64,000 bases of DNA from assembly GCA_963770895.1 (NCBI GenBank), contig CAVYRF010000001.1:480001-544000 (forward strand), read 5' to 3'. The position numbers were made by a program, and so were the translations under genes. The notes below the pieces were generated by a model. That model saw nothing but the letters and a program-made list of their open reading frames with translations, was not told the DNA's origin and searched no databases. The stretch comes from an uncultured Acidobacteriota bacterium (GTDB lineage: Bacteria > Acidobacteriota > Thermoanaerobaculia > Multivoradales > UBA5704). Below, one piece after another: positions 46,268 through 56,324 of the stretch; the stretch's first letter is position 1; every line of letters starts with the position of its first letter.

Positions 46268-47659
46268 ATGTTCGTGAAGACTGCTCTGTCGTTGCTTCTG
46301 GTCACCCTTCTGGCCGCCGCCGCGTGGGCGCGGCAGGAGGCTGAACCGCACCCCTTCGCTGCCTTGACCGAGGACTCTCCGTTCGCCGGCGCGGCGCAGC
46401 TCGACCGGCGCACGCTGCTGGCGACGGTGGCGCGGCGCAATCCCACCCTGGATGCGGCTCGCCTTGCGTGGCAGGCAGCGGCCGCCAGGCCTGCCCAGGA
46501 GCGCGGCCTGCCCGATCCGATGGTCTCCTACCGCTTCGCGCCGGGGAGCGTCGCGGGCAGCGGCCTGCGCTTCGGCCAGGAGGTCGAGCTGAGCCAGGAC
46601 GTCCCGCTCCCAGGCCGGCGCCGGCTGCGTGGCGACCGGGCCGCCGCCGCGGCCCGCGGCGCCGCGGCGGAGTATCGCGCGACGCTCCTCGACCTCCTGA
46701 CGGTGGCGTCGCAGCTCTACGACGACGACGGCCTGGCGAGCTGCAGCCTGGCGATCGTGGCGCAGCATCGGGCGCTGCTCGCCGAGCTGCAGCAGGTCGC
46801 CGCCGGCCGCTATGCCGCGGGGCTCGTGCCGCAGCAGGACCCGATCCAGGCCGAGCTCGAAGGCGCCAAGATGCTCCGCCGCCAGGTGGAGCTCGAGGCG
46901 CAGCGGGAGACGATCGTCGGCCGCCTCGATGCGCTCCTGCACCTGCCCGCGGACCGCCCGCTGCCGCCGCCGGCCCGCGAGCCGGAGGCGCCCGAGAACG
47001 ATCAGCCGGCGACGGCGGCGCTGGTCGCCGCCGCGCTGGCCGCGCGGCCCGAGCTTGCGGCGCGCGCGGCCGCGGTGGAGGCTGAGGGCGCGGACCTTGC
47101 CCTGGCGCAGCTGGCCTGGATGCCCGACCTGGCGCTGCGCGGCTCCTACAACTCGATGTGGAACGAGCCCGGATACCGGTGGATGGCGGGCTTGGCCGTC
47201 AACCTGCCGGTGCGGCGGGACCGCCTGGCGGGTGAGCGGGCGGAGGCGGAAGCGCGCCTGGCGCAGGCGAAGGCCGACCTGGCCGCCACCGCAGACCGCA
47301 TCGGCGCGGAGGTCCGCGGCGTGGCGATCGGACTGCAGGAGGCTCACCACGTGCTGGCGATCTTCGCCAGCCGGCTGCTGCCCGCGGCGCGCGACCAGGT
47401 GCAGGCGGCGCGCTCGGGTTTCGAGACCGGACGCGGCAGTTTCCTGGGGGTGATCGACGCGGAGCGGAGCTTGCGCGACGTCGAGCTTGGCCGGGAGCAG
47501 GCCATCGCAGCTCTGCATCACCAGCAAGCCGAGCTCGATCGGGCGCTGGGACGGCTGCCGGCCGGCCTTCCCGCGGCTCTCCTCGAACCTGCCGCCGAGC
47601 GCCCGGCAGCTGGTTCGCCACCCCCACCGCACCGCGGCCAGGAAGGGGGCTCGCGATGA
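46268..47659 (+). CDS. TolC-family outer membrane efflux protein (CusC-like)
   Basis: Signal peptide; RRNPTL, LPDP, YAAG, RPEL and FETG OEP repeats. Confidence 0.88.
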   Translation: MFVKTALSLLLVTLLAAAAWARQEAEPHPFAALTEDSPFAGAAQLDRRTLLATVARRNPTLDAARLAWQAAAARPAQERGLPDPMVSYRFAPGSVAGSGLRFGQEVELSQDVPLPGRRRLRGDRAAAAARGAAAEYRATLLDLLTVASQLYDDDGLASCSLAIVAQHRALLAELQQVAAGRYAAGLVPQQDPIQAELEGAKMLRRQVELEAQRETIVGRLDALLHLPADRPLPPPAREPEAPENDQPATAALVAAALAARPELAARAAAVEAEGADLALAQLAWMPDLALRGSYNSMWNEPGYRWMAGLAVNLPVRRDRLAGERAEAEARLAQAKADLAATADRIGAEVRGVAIGLQEAHHVLAIFASRLLPAARDQVQAARSGFETGRGSFLGVIDAERSLRDVELGREQAIAALHHQQAELDRALGRLPAGLPAALLEPAAERPAAGSPPPPHRGQEGGSR

Positions 47660-48999
47660 CCCCGCCGGATCCGGCGCGCCGCCGGTCCGTGCTCGTCGTC
47701 CGCGCCGGGCTGGCCGCCGGGGCGCTCGTCCTCCTGTTCATCGCGCGCGGTGCGCTCCTCGCCTGGTTCACCATCGGCGCCGGCGGCGGTCCGGCCGTGG
47801 CGGGCGCCGGCCCGGGCGCGGCCGCGCACGGTTCACCGCCGGCAGCCGCGCCGCCGGCAGCCGTGCCGGCGCCGGGAAGCGACGTCGCCTACTACACCTG
47901 TTCGATGCACCCCTCGGTGCGCCAGAACGCGCCGGGGAAGTGCCCGATCTGCGACATGGACCTCATTGCGGTGCGCCGCGACGAGGCGCAGAGCGGGATC
48001 GTCACGCTCGACGACGGACGGCAGCAGCAGATCGGGCTGCGCACCGGCGTCGTGGCTGTGCGGCCGTTCGCGGATCGCATCACGACGGTCGGTCGGGTCG
48101 CCTACGACGAGAGCCGGCTGCACGACGTGAGCCTCAAGTTCGCCGGCTGGATCGGCAAGCTCTACGTCGACCAGACCGGGCAGCGGGTGCGACGGGGCCA
48201 GACCCTCTTCACGCTCTACAGCCCGGAGCTCTACGGGGCCGAGCAGGAGTACCTCGCGGTGCTCGCCAGCCAGCGCGCGGCGCGGGCGAGCGCCGCGCCC
48301 GACCGGGCCGACTACCTGGTCGAGGCGTCGCGCCAGAAGCTGCGGCTCTGGGACCTCGGCGACGACGAGGTCGGCCGCATCGCCGCGCGCGGCGCGCCGG
48401 ATCGGGAGGTTCCGATCGCCTCGCCGGCAGCGGGCTGGATCGTCGAGAAAAACGTGGTGCAGGGCGCGAGCGTGCAGCCCGGAATGAAGCTCTTCCGTAT
48501 CGCGGACCTCGACCGCGTCTGGGTCGAGGCGGCAGTCGAGGAAGGCCAGATCGGCCAGGTCGCGGTCGGCGCGCCGGCAACCATCACCCTGCGCGCTCTG
48601 CCGGCCAGGGAGCTGCAGGGCCGGGTGAGCCTGATCGAGCCGGCCCTCGCCGCCGAGACCAGGACGGCGACCGTGCGGATCGAGGTGAGAAATCCGGCGG
48701 GTGCCGCGGGGCCGGACCTGCGCCCCGAGATGTATGCCGAGGTGGAGCTGGGCGGTTCGCGCCGGCAAGCCCTGGTGGTGCCGGAGTCGGCGGTCCTCTA
48801 CACCGGCCCGCGCACCCTGGTGTTCGTCGACCTGGGCGGCGGCCGCTTCCGCCCCCGCGAGGTGCGGCTCGGCGCGAAGTCGGCCGGCGCGTACGAGGTG
48901 CTGGCGGGCCTGCGGGAGGGCGACCGGGTGGTCACTTCCGGCAACTTCCTGCTCGACGCGGAGAGCCGGCTCACCGGCGCGGCGGAGGGCGGATCATGA
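47656..48999 (+). CDS. cusB: RND periplasmic adaptor with heavy-metal-binding domain
   Basis: YYTCSMHP...PGKCPICDMDL, LYSPEL, LRPEMY, GNFLLDAES. Confidence 0.9.
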   Translation: MTPPDPARRRSVLVVRAGLAAGALVLLFIARGALLAWFTIGAGGGPAVAGAGPGAAAHGSPPAAAPPAAVPAPGSDVAYYTCSMHPSVRQNAPGKCPICDMDLIAVRRDEAQSGIVTLDDGRQQQIGLRTGVVAVRPFADRITTVGRVAYDESRLHDVSLKFAGWIGKLYVDQTGQRVRRGQTLFTLYSPELYGAEQEYLAVLASQRAARASAAPDRADYLVEASRQKLRLWDLGDDEVGRIAARGAPDREVPIASPAAGWIVEKNVVQGASVQPGMKLFRIADLDRVWVEAAVEEGQIGQVAVGAPATITLRALPARELQGRVSLIEPALAAETRTATVRIEVRNPAGAAGPDLRPEMYAEVELGGSRRQALVVPESAVLYTGPRTLVFVDLGGGRFRPREVRLGAKSAGAYEVLAGLREGDRVVTSGNFLLDAESRLTGAAEGGS

Positions 49000-51900
49000 C
49001 GCCGCCGAGCGCGCCGGGGACCGTCGGCAGGGTCATCGCGGCGGCGGCCCGCAACCGCTGGTTCACCCTGCTCTGCGTCGCCGGCCTGGCTGCCTGGGGT
49101 TGGCATGCCCTGCGTCACGGACCGCTCGACGCCATCCCGGATCTGTCGGACGTGCAGGTCATCATCTTCACCGAATGGCCGGGCCAGAGCCCGGACCTGG
49201 TCGAGGATCAGGTCACCTTCCCGATCTCCGCCGGCTTGCTCGCGGCGCCGCGGGTGCGCTTCGTGCGCGGCCAGTCGATGTTCGGCATGTCGTTCGTCTA
49301 TGCCATCTTCGAGGACGGGACCGACATCTACTGGGCGCGCTCGCGCGTCCTCGAATATTTGAACCAGGCGCAGGGCGCGCTGCCCGCGGGCGTCCGTCCG
49401 CGCCTCGGCCCGGACGCCACCGGCGTCGGCTGGGTCTTCGAGTACGCCCTGGTCGACCCGAGCGGCCGGCACGACCTGCAGCAGCTGCGCGCGCTGCAGG
49501 ACTGGAACCTGCGCTACGCGCTCGCCAGCGTGCCGGGAGTCGCCGAGGTGGCCTCGGTCGGCGGTTTCGTCAAACAGTACCAGGTGCAGCTCGACCCGAC
49601 GCGGCTGCGGGCCTACGGTATCGCCGCGGCGACGGTGGTGGAGAAGGTGCGCGCCTCGAACCAGGAAGCGGGCGGCAGTGCCATCGAGCTGTCCGGCCAC
49701 GAGTACGTGATCCGCGGCCGGGGCTACGTGCGCAGCCTCGCCGACCTCGAGGAGGTGCCGCTCAAGGTCGGACCCGGCGGCACGCCGGTGCTCCTCCGCG
49801 ACGTCGCCGTGGTGAGCCTCGGTCCCGAGGAGCGGCGCGGACTGGCCGAGCTGGGCGGCCAGGGCGAAGCGGTGGGCGGCATCGTGGTGATGCGGTACGG
49901 AGAGAACGCGCTCGCCGTCATCCGCGCCGTCAAGGTGCGCCTCGGCGAGATCGAGCGCAGCCTCCCTGCGGGGGTGCGCGTGATCACGACCTACGATCGG
50001 TCGCGGCTCATCGAGGAGTCGATCGCGACCCTCCGCCACACCCTGATCGAGGAGATGGTGGTGGTGTCGCTGGTCATCTTCCTCTTCCTGCTCCACGCGC
50101 GAAGCGCCCTGGTGCCGATCCTCTCGCTGCCGGTCGCCGTGCTGCTCGCCTTCATCCCGATCTTCTACCAGGGGCTGACGGTCAACATCATGTCGCTCGG
50201 CGGCATCGCCGTGGCCCTGGGCGCGATGGTCGATGCCTCGATCATCCTGATCGAGAATATCCACCAGCACCTCGAGCGCTGGGAAGCGGCAGGCCGGCCG
50301 GAAGGCAGGCCCGGCCAGGTGCAGCAGATCGTCGCCGCCATGCAGGAGGTCGGCCCCAGCCTCTTTTTCGCGCTGCTCGTGATCACCGTGGCCTTCCTGC
50401 CGGTCTTCACCCTGGAAGGCACCGAGGGCCGCCTCTTCCGGCCGCTCGCCTTCACCAAGACCTGGTCCATGGGCTTTTCCGCCGTGCTCGCGGTCACCCT
50501 GGCGCCGGCGCTCGCGGTGCTCTTGATCCGCGGCAAGATCCGCCGGGAAGCCGACAACCCGCTCAACCGCTGGTTGATCCGAGCCTACGCGCCCGTCGTC
50601 CGTTTCGTGGTCGATCACCGCCTGGCGGTGATCGGTACGGCGGTCGCGCTGCTCGTGCTGTCGCTGCCCGCCTGGTTCCGCCTCGGGCAGGAGTTCATGC
50701 CGCCGCTCAACGAAGGCGTGATCCTCTACATGCCGACCGCGCCGCCGGGGATGTCGATCGCCACCGCGTCGCGGACGCTGCAGGCGATGGATCGCCGGCT
50801 CGCCGCCTTCCCGGAGGTGGCAACGGTGTTCGGCAAGATGGGCCGCGCCGAGTCGCCGACCGATCCGGCGCCGATCGGCATGGTGGAGAGCGTCGTGACG
50901 CTCGCGCCGCGCGCGCAGTGGCGGGCCGGTCTGACCTGGGACGGCTTGATCCGCGAGATGGACAGGAAGCTGCAATTTCCCGGCATGCCCAACGTCTGGT
51001 GGATGCCGATCCAGACCCGCACCGAGATGCTCGCGACGGGCATCAGGAGCCCGCTGGGAATCAAGATCTTCGGCGACGACCTCCAGGCGATCGAAAAGGT
51101 TTCGATCGCGATCGAACAGGCCGTCGCCGCTGTGCCGGGGACCCGCAGCGCCTATGCCGACCGGGCGCAGGGCGGCCTCTACCTCGACGTACGGGTCGAC
51201 CGTCCGGCGGCGGCGCGCTACGGGCTCACCGTTGCCGACGTGGACGCGGTCGTCGCCTCGGCGATCGGTGGTGAAGAGGTCTCCCGTACCATCGAAGGGC
51301 GCGAGCGCTATCCGATCTCGGTGCGCTTCGCCCGCGACTACCGCGCCGACCCGCAGGCGCTGCTCACCCAGGTGCTGGTCGCGACGCCCGCCGGGGCGCA
51401 GGTGCCGCTCGGCGCCGTGGCACGGGTCGAGGCCGCCGCCGGGCCGCCGATGATCCGCAGCGAAGGCGGCCGCCTGGTCGGCTTCGTCTTCGTCGACGTC
51501 GCCGATCGGGCCATCGCCGACTACGTCAGGGACGCGCGGCGGCAGGTCGAATCCAAGGTTGCCTTGCCGCCGGGGATGCGCGTCGAATGGGCGGGGCAGT
51601 TCCAATCCTTCGCGCGCGCCAAGGCGCGGTTGCAGCTGGTGGTGCCGCTCACCCTGCTCCTGATCGTGCTCCTGCTCTACCTCAATACCCGCTCGGGCGT
51701 CGAAACCGGCATCGTCTTGCTCGCCGTGCCGTTCTCGCTCATCGGCGCGGTCTGGCTGCTCTTCGCGCTGCACTACAACGTCAGCGTGGCGGTCTGGGTC
51801 GGCCTGATCGCGCTGGCGGGCCTGGACGCCGAGACCGGCGTGGTGATGCTGCTCTACCTCACGCTCTCGCACCGGCGCTTCCAGGCGGAAGGTCGCCTGC

Positions 51901-52148
51901 ACTCGTTCGCGGACCTGCGCGAGGCGATCGTCGACGGCGCCGCGCACCGCATCCGGCCGAAGCTGATGACCGTCGTCACCATGATCGTCGGCCTGCTCCC
52001 GATCCTCTGGAGCTCCGGCACCGGCGCCGACCTGATGAAACGGATCGCGGCGCCGATGGTGGGCGGCCTGGTGAGCTCCTTCCTGCTCGAGCTCGCGGTC
52101 TACCCGGCCGTCTTTGCGCTCTGGAAAAACCGGGAAGTGCGCCGGTGA
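48996..52148 (+). CDS. cusA: CusA/CzcA heavy-metal RND permease (Cu/Ag type)
   Basis: LDAIPDLSDVQVII, GPDATGVGWVFEY, EFMPPLNEG, TDPAP and RIAAPMVGG. Confidence 0.93.
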   Translation: MTPPSAPGTVGRVIAAAARNRWFTLLCVAGLAAWGWHALRHGPLDAIPDLSDVQVIIFTEWPGQSPDLVEDQVTFPISAGLLAAPRVRFVRGQSMFGMSFVYAIFEDGTDIYWARSRVLEYLNQAQGALPAGVRPRLGPDATGVGWVFEYALVDPSGRHDLQQLRALQDWNLRYALASVPGVAEVASVGGFVKQYQVQLDPTRLRAYGIAAATVVEKVRASNQEAGGSAIELSGHEYVIRGRGYVRSLADLEEVPLKVGPGGTPVLLRDVAVVSLGPEERRGLAELGGQGEAVGGIVVMRYGENALAVIRAVKVRLGEIERSLPAGVRVITTYDRSRLIEESIATLRHTLIEEMVVVSLVIFLFLLHARSALVPILSLPVAVLLAFIPIFYQGLTVNIMSLGGIAVALGAMVDASIILIENIHQHLERWEAAGRPEGRPGQVQQIVAAMQEVGPSLFFALLVITVAFLPVFTLEGTEGRLFRPLAFTKTWSMGFSAVLAVTLAPALAVLLIRGKIRREADNPLNRWLIRAYAPVVRFVVDHRLAVIGTAVALLVLSLPAWFRLGQEFMPPLNEGVILYMPTAPPGMSIATASRTLQAMDRRLAAFPEVATVFGKMGRAESPTDPAPIGMVESVVTLAPRAQWRAGLTWDGLIREMDRKLQFPGMPNVWWMPIQTRTEMLATGIRSPLGIKIFGDDLQAIEKVSIAIEQAVAAVPGTRSAYADRAQGGLYLDVRVDRPAAARYGLTVADVDAVVASAIGGEEVSRTIEGRERYPISVRFARDYRADPQALLTQVLVATPAGAQVPLGAVARVEAAAGPPMIRSEGGRLVGFVFVDVADRAIADYVRDARRQVESKVALPPGMRVEWAGQFQSFARAKARLQLVVPLTLLLIVLLLYLNTRSGVETGIVLLAVPFSLIGAVWLLFALHYNVSVAVWVGLIALAGLDAETGVVMLLYLTLSHRRFQAEGRLHSFADLREAIVDGAAHRIRPKLMTVVTMIVGLLPILWSSGTGADLMKRIAAPMVGGLVSSFLLELAVYPAVFALWKNREVRR

Positions 52149-52322
52149 GATGAAGTCGGTCGGTGTGCGCCCGTTTGGCGTCACCGCGCGCACCGGCGCC
52201 GGCGCCGCGACCTTAACACGCGCAATATGGTGTATTCTTGCGGAAGCAAGATCAATTTTGCGTGGATTTTCCAAGTAGTTCCCAAGTGGCAATGTTTGTA
52301 TGTCCGCAGAAATCGGGTGCCA

Positions 52323-55300
52323 ATGTCTTCAGCAATGACCTTGTTGTTGATGGCCGCAATCGGCCTTGCCGGCTTCTCGGGAGAGCGCGCCGGCACAATG
52401 CCTGCGACCGACCCTTCCAGGTCCGCCGCCCGGGCGCTGGCCGCGGTGGTGGAATCGCCTGAGCCGGGGCGCACCTTTGCCGAACCGCTGCTCGCCGCGG
52501 GGAGGCCGGACGCTGGCGAAACGCGACTGCTGCGGCAGGCGATCGAGGCGTACCGCGCCGCGGCCGACGTCGAAGCGGTGCAACCGATCCTTCAGTTCCT
52601 GGATCGGCACCCGGCTTCGGTTTGGAAGCCGTCGCTGCTTGCCAACCTGGCGGTGCTCTACCGCCATACCGGCTACCTCGATCGCGCGCTGGACGCCGCC
52701 GGCGAGGCGTGGCGGCTGACCAAGGCGTCGGCCGACCCGGAGGTGCGCAAGATCGCCGACAGCGCGCTCGCCACCTGTTTGGAGCTGGACTCTTCGCTCG
52801 GCCGGACCGACGAGCTGGCGGCGCTCCTGGTCGAGGTCCGCGATCGGCCCCTGGGAGGCCATGCGGCGGAAACCGCGTCGGGTGCGCGATCGAGCCTGTG
52901 GCAGATGCGCACCGATCCGGCAGGCTCCTTCCGCTGCGGGCCGCTGGCCCTGGAGCGGGTGAGTCAGGTGCTGCATCCCGGTGCGCCGGTGGACCGGCGC
53001 CTGCTGGAGTATCCGTCCACCTTCCAGGGCACCAGCCTGGCCGAGCTGGTGAAGCTGGCGCAGACCTCGGGCCTGGGCCTCCACGCCGTGCGGCGCGAGG
53101 CCGGCTCGCTCATCCCGGTGCCGTCCGTCGTGCATTGGAAAGCGGACCACTTTGCCGCCCTGGTCGAGGAGCGACAGGGACGCTACCGGGTGAAGGACCT
53201 GACCTTCGGCGACGATCGGTGGCTCAGCCGGCAGGCGGTGGAAGAAGAGTCGACCGGCTATCTGCTGGTGCCGCAGAGCGCGGGTCCGCGGCCCGGCTGG
53301 CGGGCGGTGGCAGAGTCCGAGGCCGCCGGGGTGCGCGGCCGCGGTGTGAGCGCCAACCCCAACCCGGGCGCCACGACGCCGGGCGATCCGAAGAAGCCCC
53401 AGCTGCCCGGCGACTGCAACGCCGGCTCCGACAGCGGCATGCCGCGCTACAACTTCCATGCCGCGGTGATCAGCCTGAACGTGACCGATTCGCCGGTGGG
53501 GTACCGGCCGCCGCGCGGACCCGCCATGCGCTTCGGCATCACGTACAACAGCCGCGAGGACTTTCAGCCCAGCACCTTCACCTTCCCCAACCTGGGGCCG
53601 CGCTGGAATTTCGACTGGCTCTCCTACGTCGAGGACGACGACCCCAACCTCAACGGCAGCACCATCCGTGTGGCGGAGCGCGGCGGCGGCTCGTACGTGC
53701 TGCCGCAGTCTTCAGGTGCATCGTGGATGTATGGACCCAACGCCCGCGGCTCCCACGAGACGGTGACGCGGCTGTTCGCCAGCGGCGGCACGACGACCAT
53801 CGGCTTTGCGCGCCAATATCCCGACGGTTCGCAGGAGGTGTATCAACAGTCGGACGGCGCCACGACCATGCGCAAGTATTTCCTCACCTCGGTGGTGGAC
53901 CCGGCGGGCAACGGCGTGACCCTGAGCTACGACGCCGCGACGATGCGCCTGCTGTCGATCACCGATCCGCTGGGCCAGCAGACGACGCTCACCTACGATC
54001 CCACGGATATCTACAAGGTCACCGCGGTCACCGATCCGTTTGGCCGCCAGGCGGTCTTCACCTATTCCGGCGGGCTGCTGCAGAGCGTGACCGATGCGAT
54101 GGGGTTGACGTCGTCGTTCGCCTACGGTCCGCCCTACGGCGGTTCGCTCCCCGCGACCGACTTCATGAGCTCGATGACCACACCGTACGGCACCACCGCC
54201 TTTGAAACCTATGAGCAGCAGCCCACGGACCCCAACGGCACCGCGGATCCGACGCTGCTTGGCAACACGCGCTGGCTGCTGGCGACGGACCCGGTCGGCG
54301 ACCGCGAACGGATCGAGTTCCGGCACCTGGCGCCGGGCGTCCAGCAGACGACCGGCGAACCGGTGCCGGCGGGATTCGACAACAGCAACCTTGCCTATCG
54401 CAACACTTTCTATTGGAACGCCACGGCGATGTTGACCTACAGCGATTCCGATCCCAATCGCTATCTGAATGCATCGTACCTCCAGCACTGGCTGCACGAC
54501 GGCACCGGCTCGATTCCCGCCGTCGCCTCGATCCTGGAAAGCGAGCAGGCGCAGGGACAGCATCGCATCTGGTACAGCTACCCGGGCGAGCCGGCGGCGC
54601 AATATCAAGGGACGCTTTCGACACCGACCGCGGTGGCGCAGGTGCTCGATAGCGGACAGACGCAGCTGTACACCCAGACCTATGACGGCTCCGGGCGGTT
54701 GCTCAGCCGTATCGATCCGGTGGGTCGCACCTACTCCTACCACTACGCCAGCAATGGCATCGATCTGGCCTTCATCGACAACGACCTGCTCCACGAGCAG
54801 GTGATGGCCGCGGCGTACAACTCGGCGCACCGTCCGCTCTCCTATACGAATTACGCGGGACAGGCCACCGTCGCCACCTACAACAGTTTCGGCCAGCTCA
54901 CCTCGGTCACCCGGCCCGACGGGGTGGAGACCACCATCACCTACGACGGCCGCGGATTTCCCACCAAGGTGGCCCGCGTGGGCACCTCGTACCAGGAGAC
55001 CTACACCTACGACCCGGTGGGGCGCATAGAGACCTGGACCGGAACCGACGGCTATACGATGACCTTCGGCTACGACAACCTGGACCGCCTGACCAGCATC
55101 ACCTATCCGGACGGCACCAGCGAACAGGTGGTGTTCAACCTCCGCGACGTGGTCCTGTATCAGGACCGCATGGGGAGGGCCACCACCTACACCTACGACG
55201 CCGCCGACCGCCGGCAGTCGATGACCGACGCCGCCGGTCGTACGACGTACTTCTCCTGGTGCGGTTGCGGCGCCCTGGACCAGATGACCGACCCGTTGGG

Positions 55301-56324
55301 TCATTCGACCTCCTGGTTGAACGACAACCTCAATCGCGTCGTCGGCAAGAGCATCAACGGGCAACTGAGCGTGCTGTATGGCTTTGACGGGTCCGGGCGC
55401 CTGGTCGGCAAGACCGACGCGCTCGGTCAGGTGACCAACTATTCGTACAACGTCGACAACTCCCTGGCAGCGATCGCCTATCAGAATGCAGTTCACCCCA
55501 CGTCCGGGGCAACCTTCGCCTACGACCCGTTCTATCCGCGGCTCATCCAGCAGGTCGACGGCTTCGGCACCACGACCTTCACCTACTACCCGGCCGGGGT
55601 GCCGGGCGCCGGAAAGATTGCAACCATGACGGCGCCGGCGCCCAACCACACCGTGGCGTTGCAATACGACGCGATCGGCCGCCAGATTGGGCTGACCCTG
55701 GACGGTATCGTGCAGAGCCGGTCGTTCGATGGCGAGGGCCGCCTGGCCTCGGTCACCAATCCGCTGGGGACGTTCAACCTCAGCTATGCCGGCGCGTCGC
55801 CGCGCTCCACCGGCGCCTCGTATCCCAACGGTCAGGGATCGACGCTGACCTACCTGGACGTGCTGCACGACTTCCGTCTGTCGCAGCTCGGCTGGGGGCC
55901 GGCGGGCGGCGCGAACCTGTCGCAGTTCGACTACTCGTACGATGCGGCGCACGACCAGATCACCGGTGTGGCCGACTACGACGCCGTCAATCCGGCGGGG
56001 CGCTTTTTCAGCCTCGCCTACGACCCCGACAAGGAGCTGCTGTCACGACTGCAAACCAGCAACCCGACGCAGGCGCCGGTGACGGTCGTGCACTCCGATG
56101 CCTTTGGCTACGACCAGGCGGGGAACCGCGGCAGCGAAACGATCGACGGCGTCCTCTCGGTGACGACGTTCAACGGTGCCAACCAGGTGACGGCGATCCA
56201 GCGCGGCCTTGTGCAGCAGGCGGCAGGCGCCATCCAGAACCGAAGGCGCCAGCTGCTCGACCGTGCAGCGGCGCCGGGTGAGGCCGCGCAGCGCAGCGGC
56301 GAAGCTCCGGTGGTGCATCCATGA
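52323..56324 (+). CDS. Exported protein with TPR, C39 peptidase-like domain and N-terminal part of an RHS/YD shell (no RHS core)
   Basis: Signal peptide; FRCGPLAL/HWKADHFAAL/VKD triad; YD repeats from about 53440; ends after YDQAGNR...NGANQVT with no DPxG core. Confidence 0.85.
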   Translation: MSSAMTLLLMAAIGLAGFSGERAGTMPATDPSRSAARALAAVVESPEPGRTFAEPLLAAGRPDAGETRLLRQAIEAYRAAADVEAVQPILQFLDRHPASVWKPSLLANLAVLYRHTGYLDRALDAAGEAWRLTKASADPEVRKIADSALATCLELDSSLGRTDELAALLVEVRDRPLGGHAAETASGARSSLWQMRTDPAGSFRCGPLALERVSQVLHPGAPVDRRLLEYPSTFQGTSLAELVKLAQTSGLGLHAVRREAGSLIPVPSVVHWKADHFAALVEERQGRYRVKDLTFGDDRWLSRQAVEEESTGYLLVPQSAGPRPGWRAVAESEAAGVRGRGVSANPNPGATTPGDPKKPQLPGDCNAGSDSGMPRYNFHAAVISLNVTDSPVGYRPPRGPAMRFGITYNSREDFQPSTFTFPNLGPRWNFDWLSYVEDDDPNLNGSTIRVAERGGGSYVLPQSSGASWMYGPNARGSHETVTRLFASGGTTTIGFARQYPDGSQEVYQQSDGATTMRKYFLTSVVDPAGNGVTLSYDAATMRLLSITDPLGQQTTLTYDPTDIYKVTAVTDPFGRQAVFTYSGGLLQSVTDAMGLTSSFAYGPPYGGSLPATDFMSSMTTPYGTTAFETYEQQPTDPNGTADPTLLGNTRWLLATDPVGDRERIEFRHLAPGVQQTTGEPVPAGFDNSNLAYRNTFYWNATAMLTYSDSDPNRYLNASYLQHWLHDGTGSIPAVASILESEQAQGQHRIWYSYPGEPAAQYQGTLSTPTAVAQVLDSGQTQLYTQTYDGSGRLLSRIDPVGRTYSYHYASNGIDLAFIDNDLLHEQVMAAAYNSAHRPLSYTNYAGQATVATYNSFGQLTSVTRPDGVETTITYDGRGFPTKVARVGTSYQETYTYDPVGRIETWTGTDGYTMTFGYDNLDRLTSITYPDGTSEQVVFNLRDVVLYQDRMGRATTYTYDAADRRQSMTDAAGRTTYFSWCGCGALDQMTDPLGHSTSWLNDNLNRVVGKSINGQLSVLYGFDGSGRLVGKTDALGQVTNYSYNVDNSLAAIAYQNAVHPTSGATFAYDPFYPRLIQQVDGFGTTTFTYYPAGVPGAGKIATMTAPAPNHTVALQYDAIGRQIGLTLDGIVQSRSFDGEGRLASVTNPLGTFNLSYAGASPRSTGASYPNGQGSTLTYLDVLHDFRLSQLGWGPAGGANLSQFDYSYDAAHDQITGVADYDAVNPAGRFFSLAYDPDKELLSRLQTSNPTQAPVTVVHSDAFGYDQAGNRGSETIDGVLSVTTFNGANQVTAIQRGLVQQAAGAIQNRRRQLLDRAAAPGEAAQRSGEAPVVHP

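Noticed and set aside
47487-48995. N-terminal extension making CusA 1553 aa
   Set aside because: It is an off-frame overlap with cusB; the real start is the ATG at 48996, coupled to the cusB stop.
46268-52148. CusCBA pump as a novel system
   Set aside because: Canonical heavy-metal RND operon.
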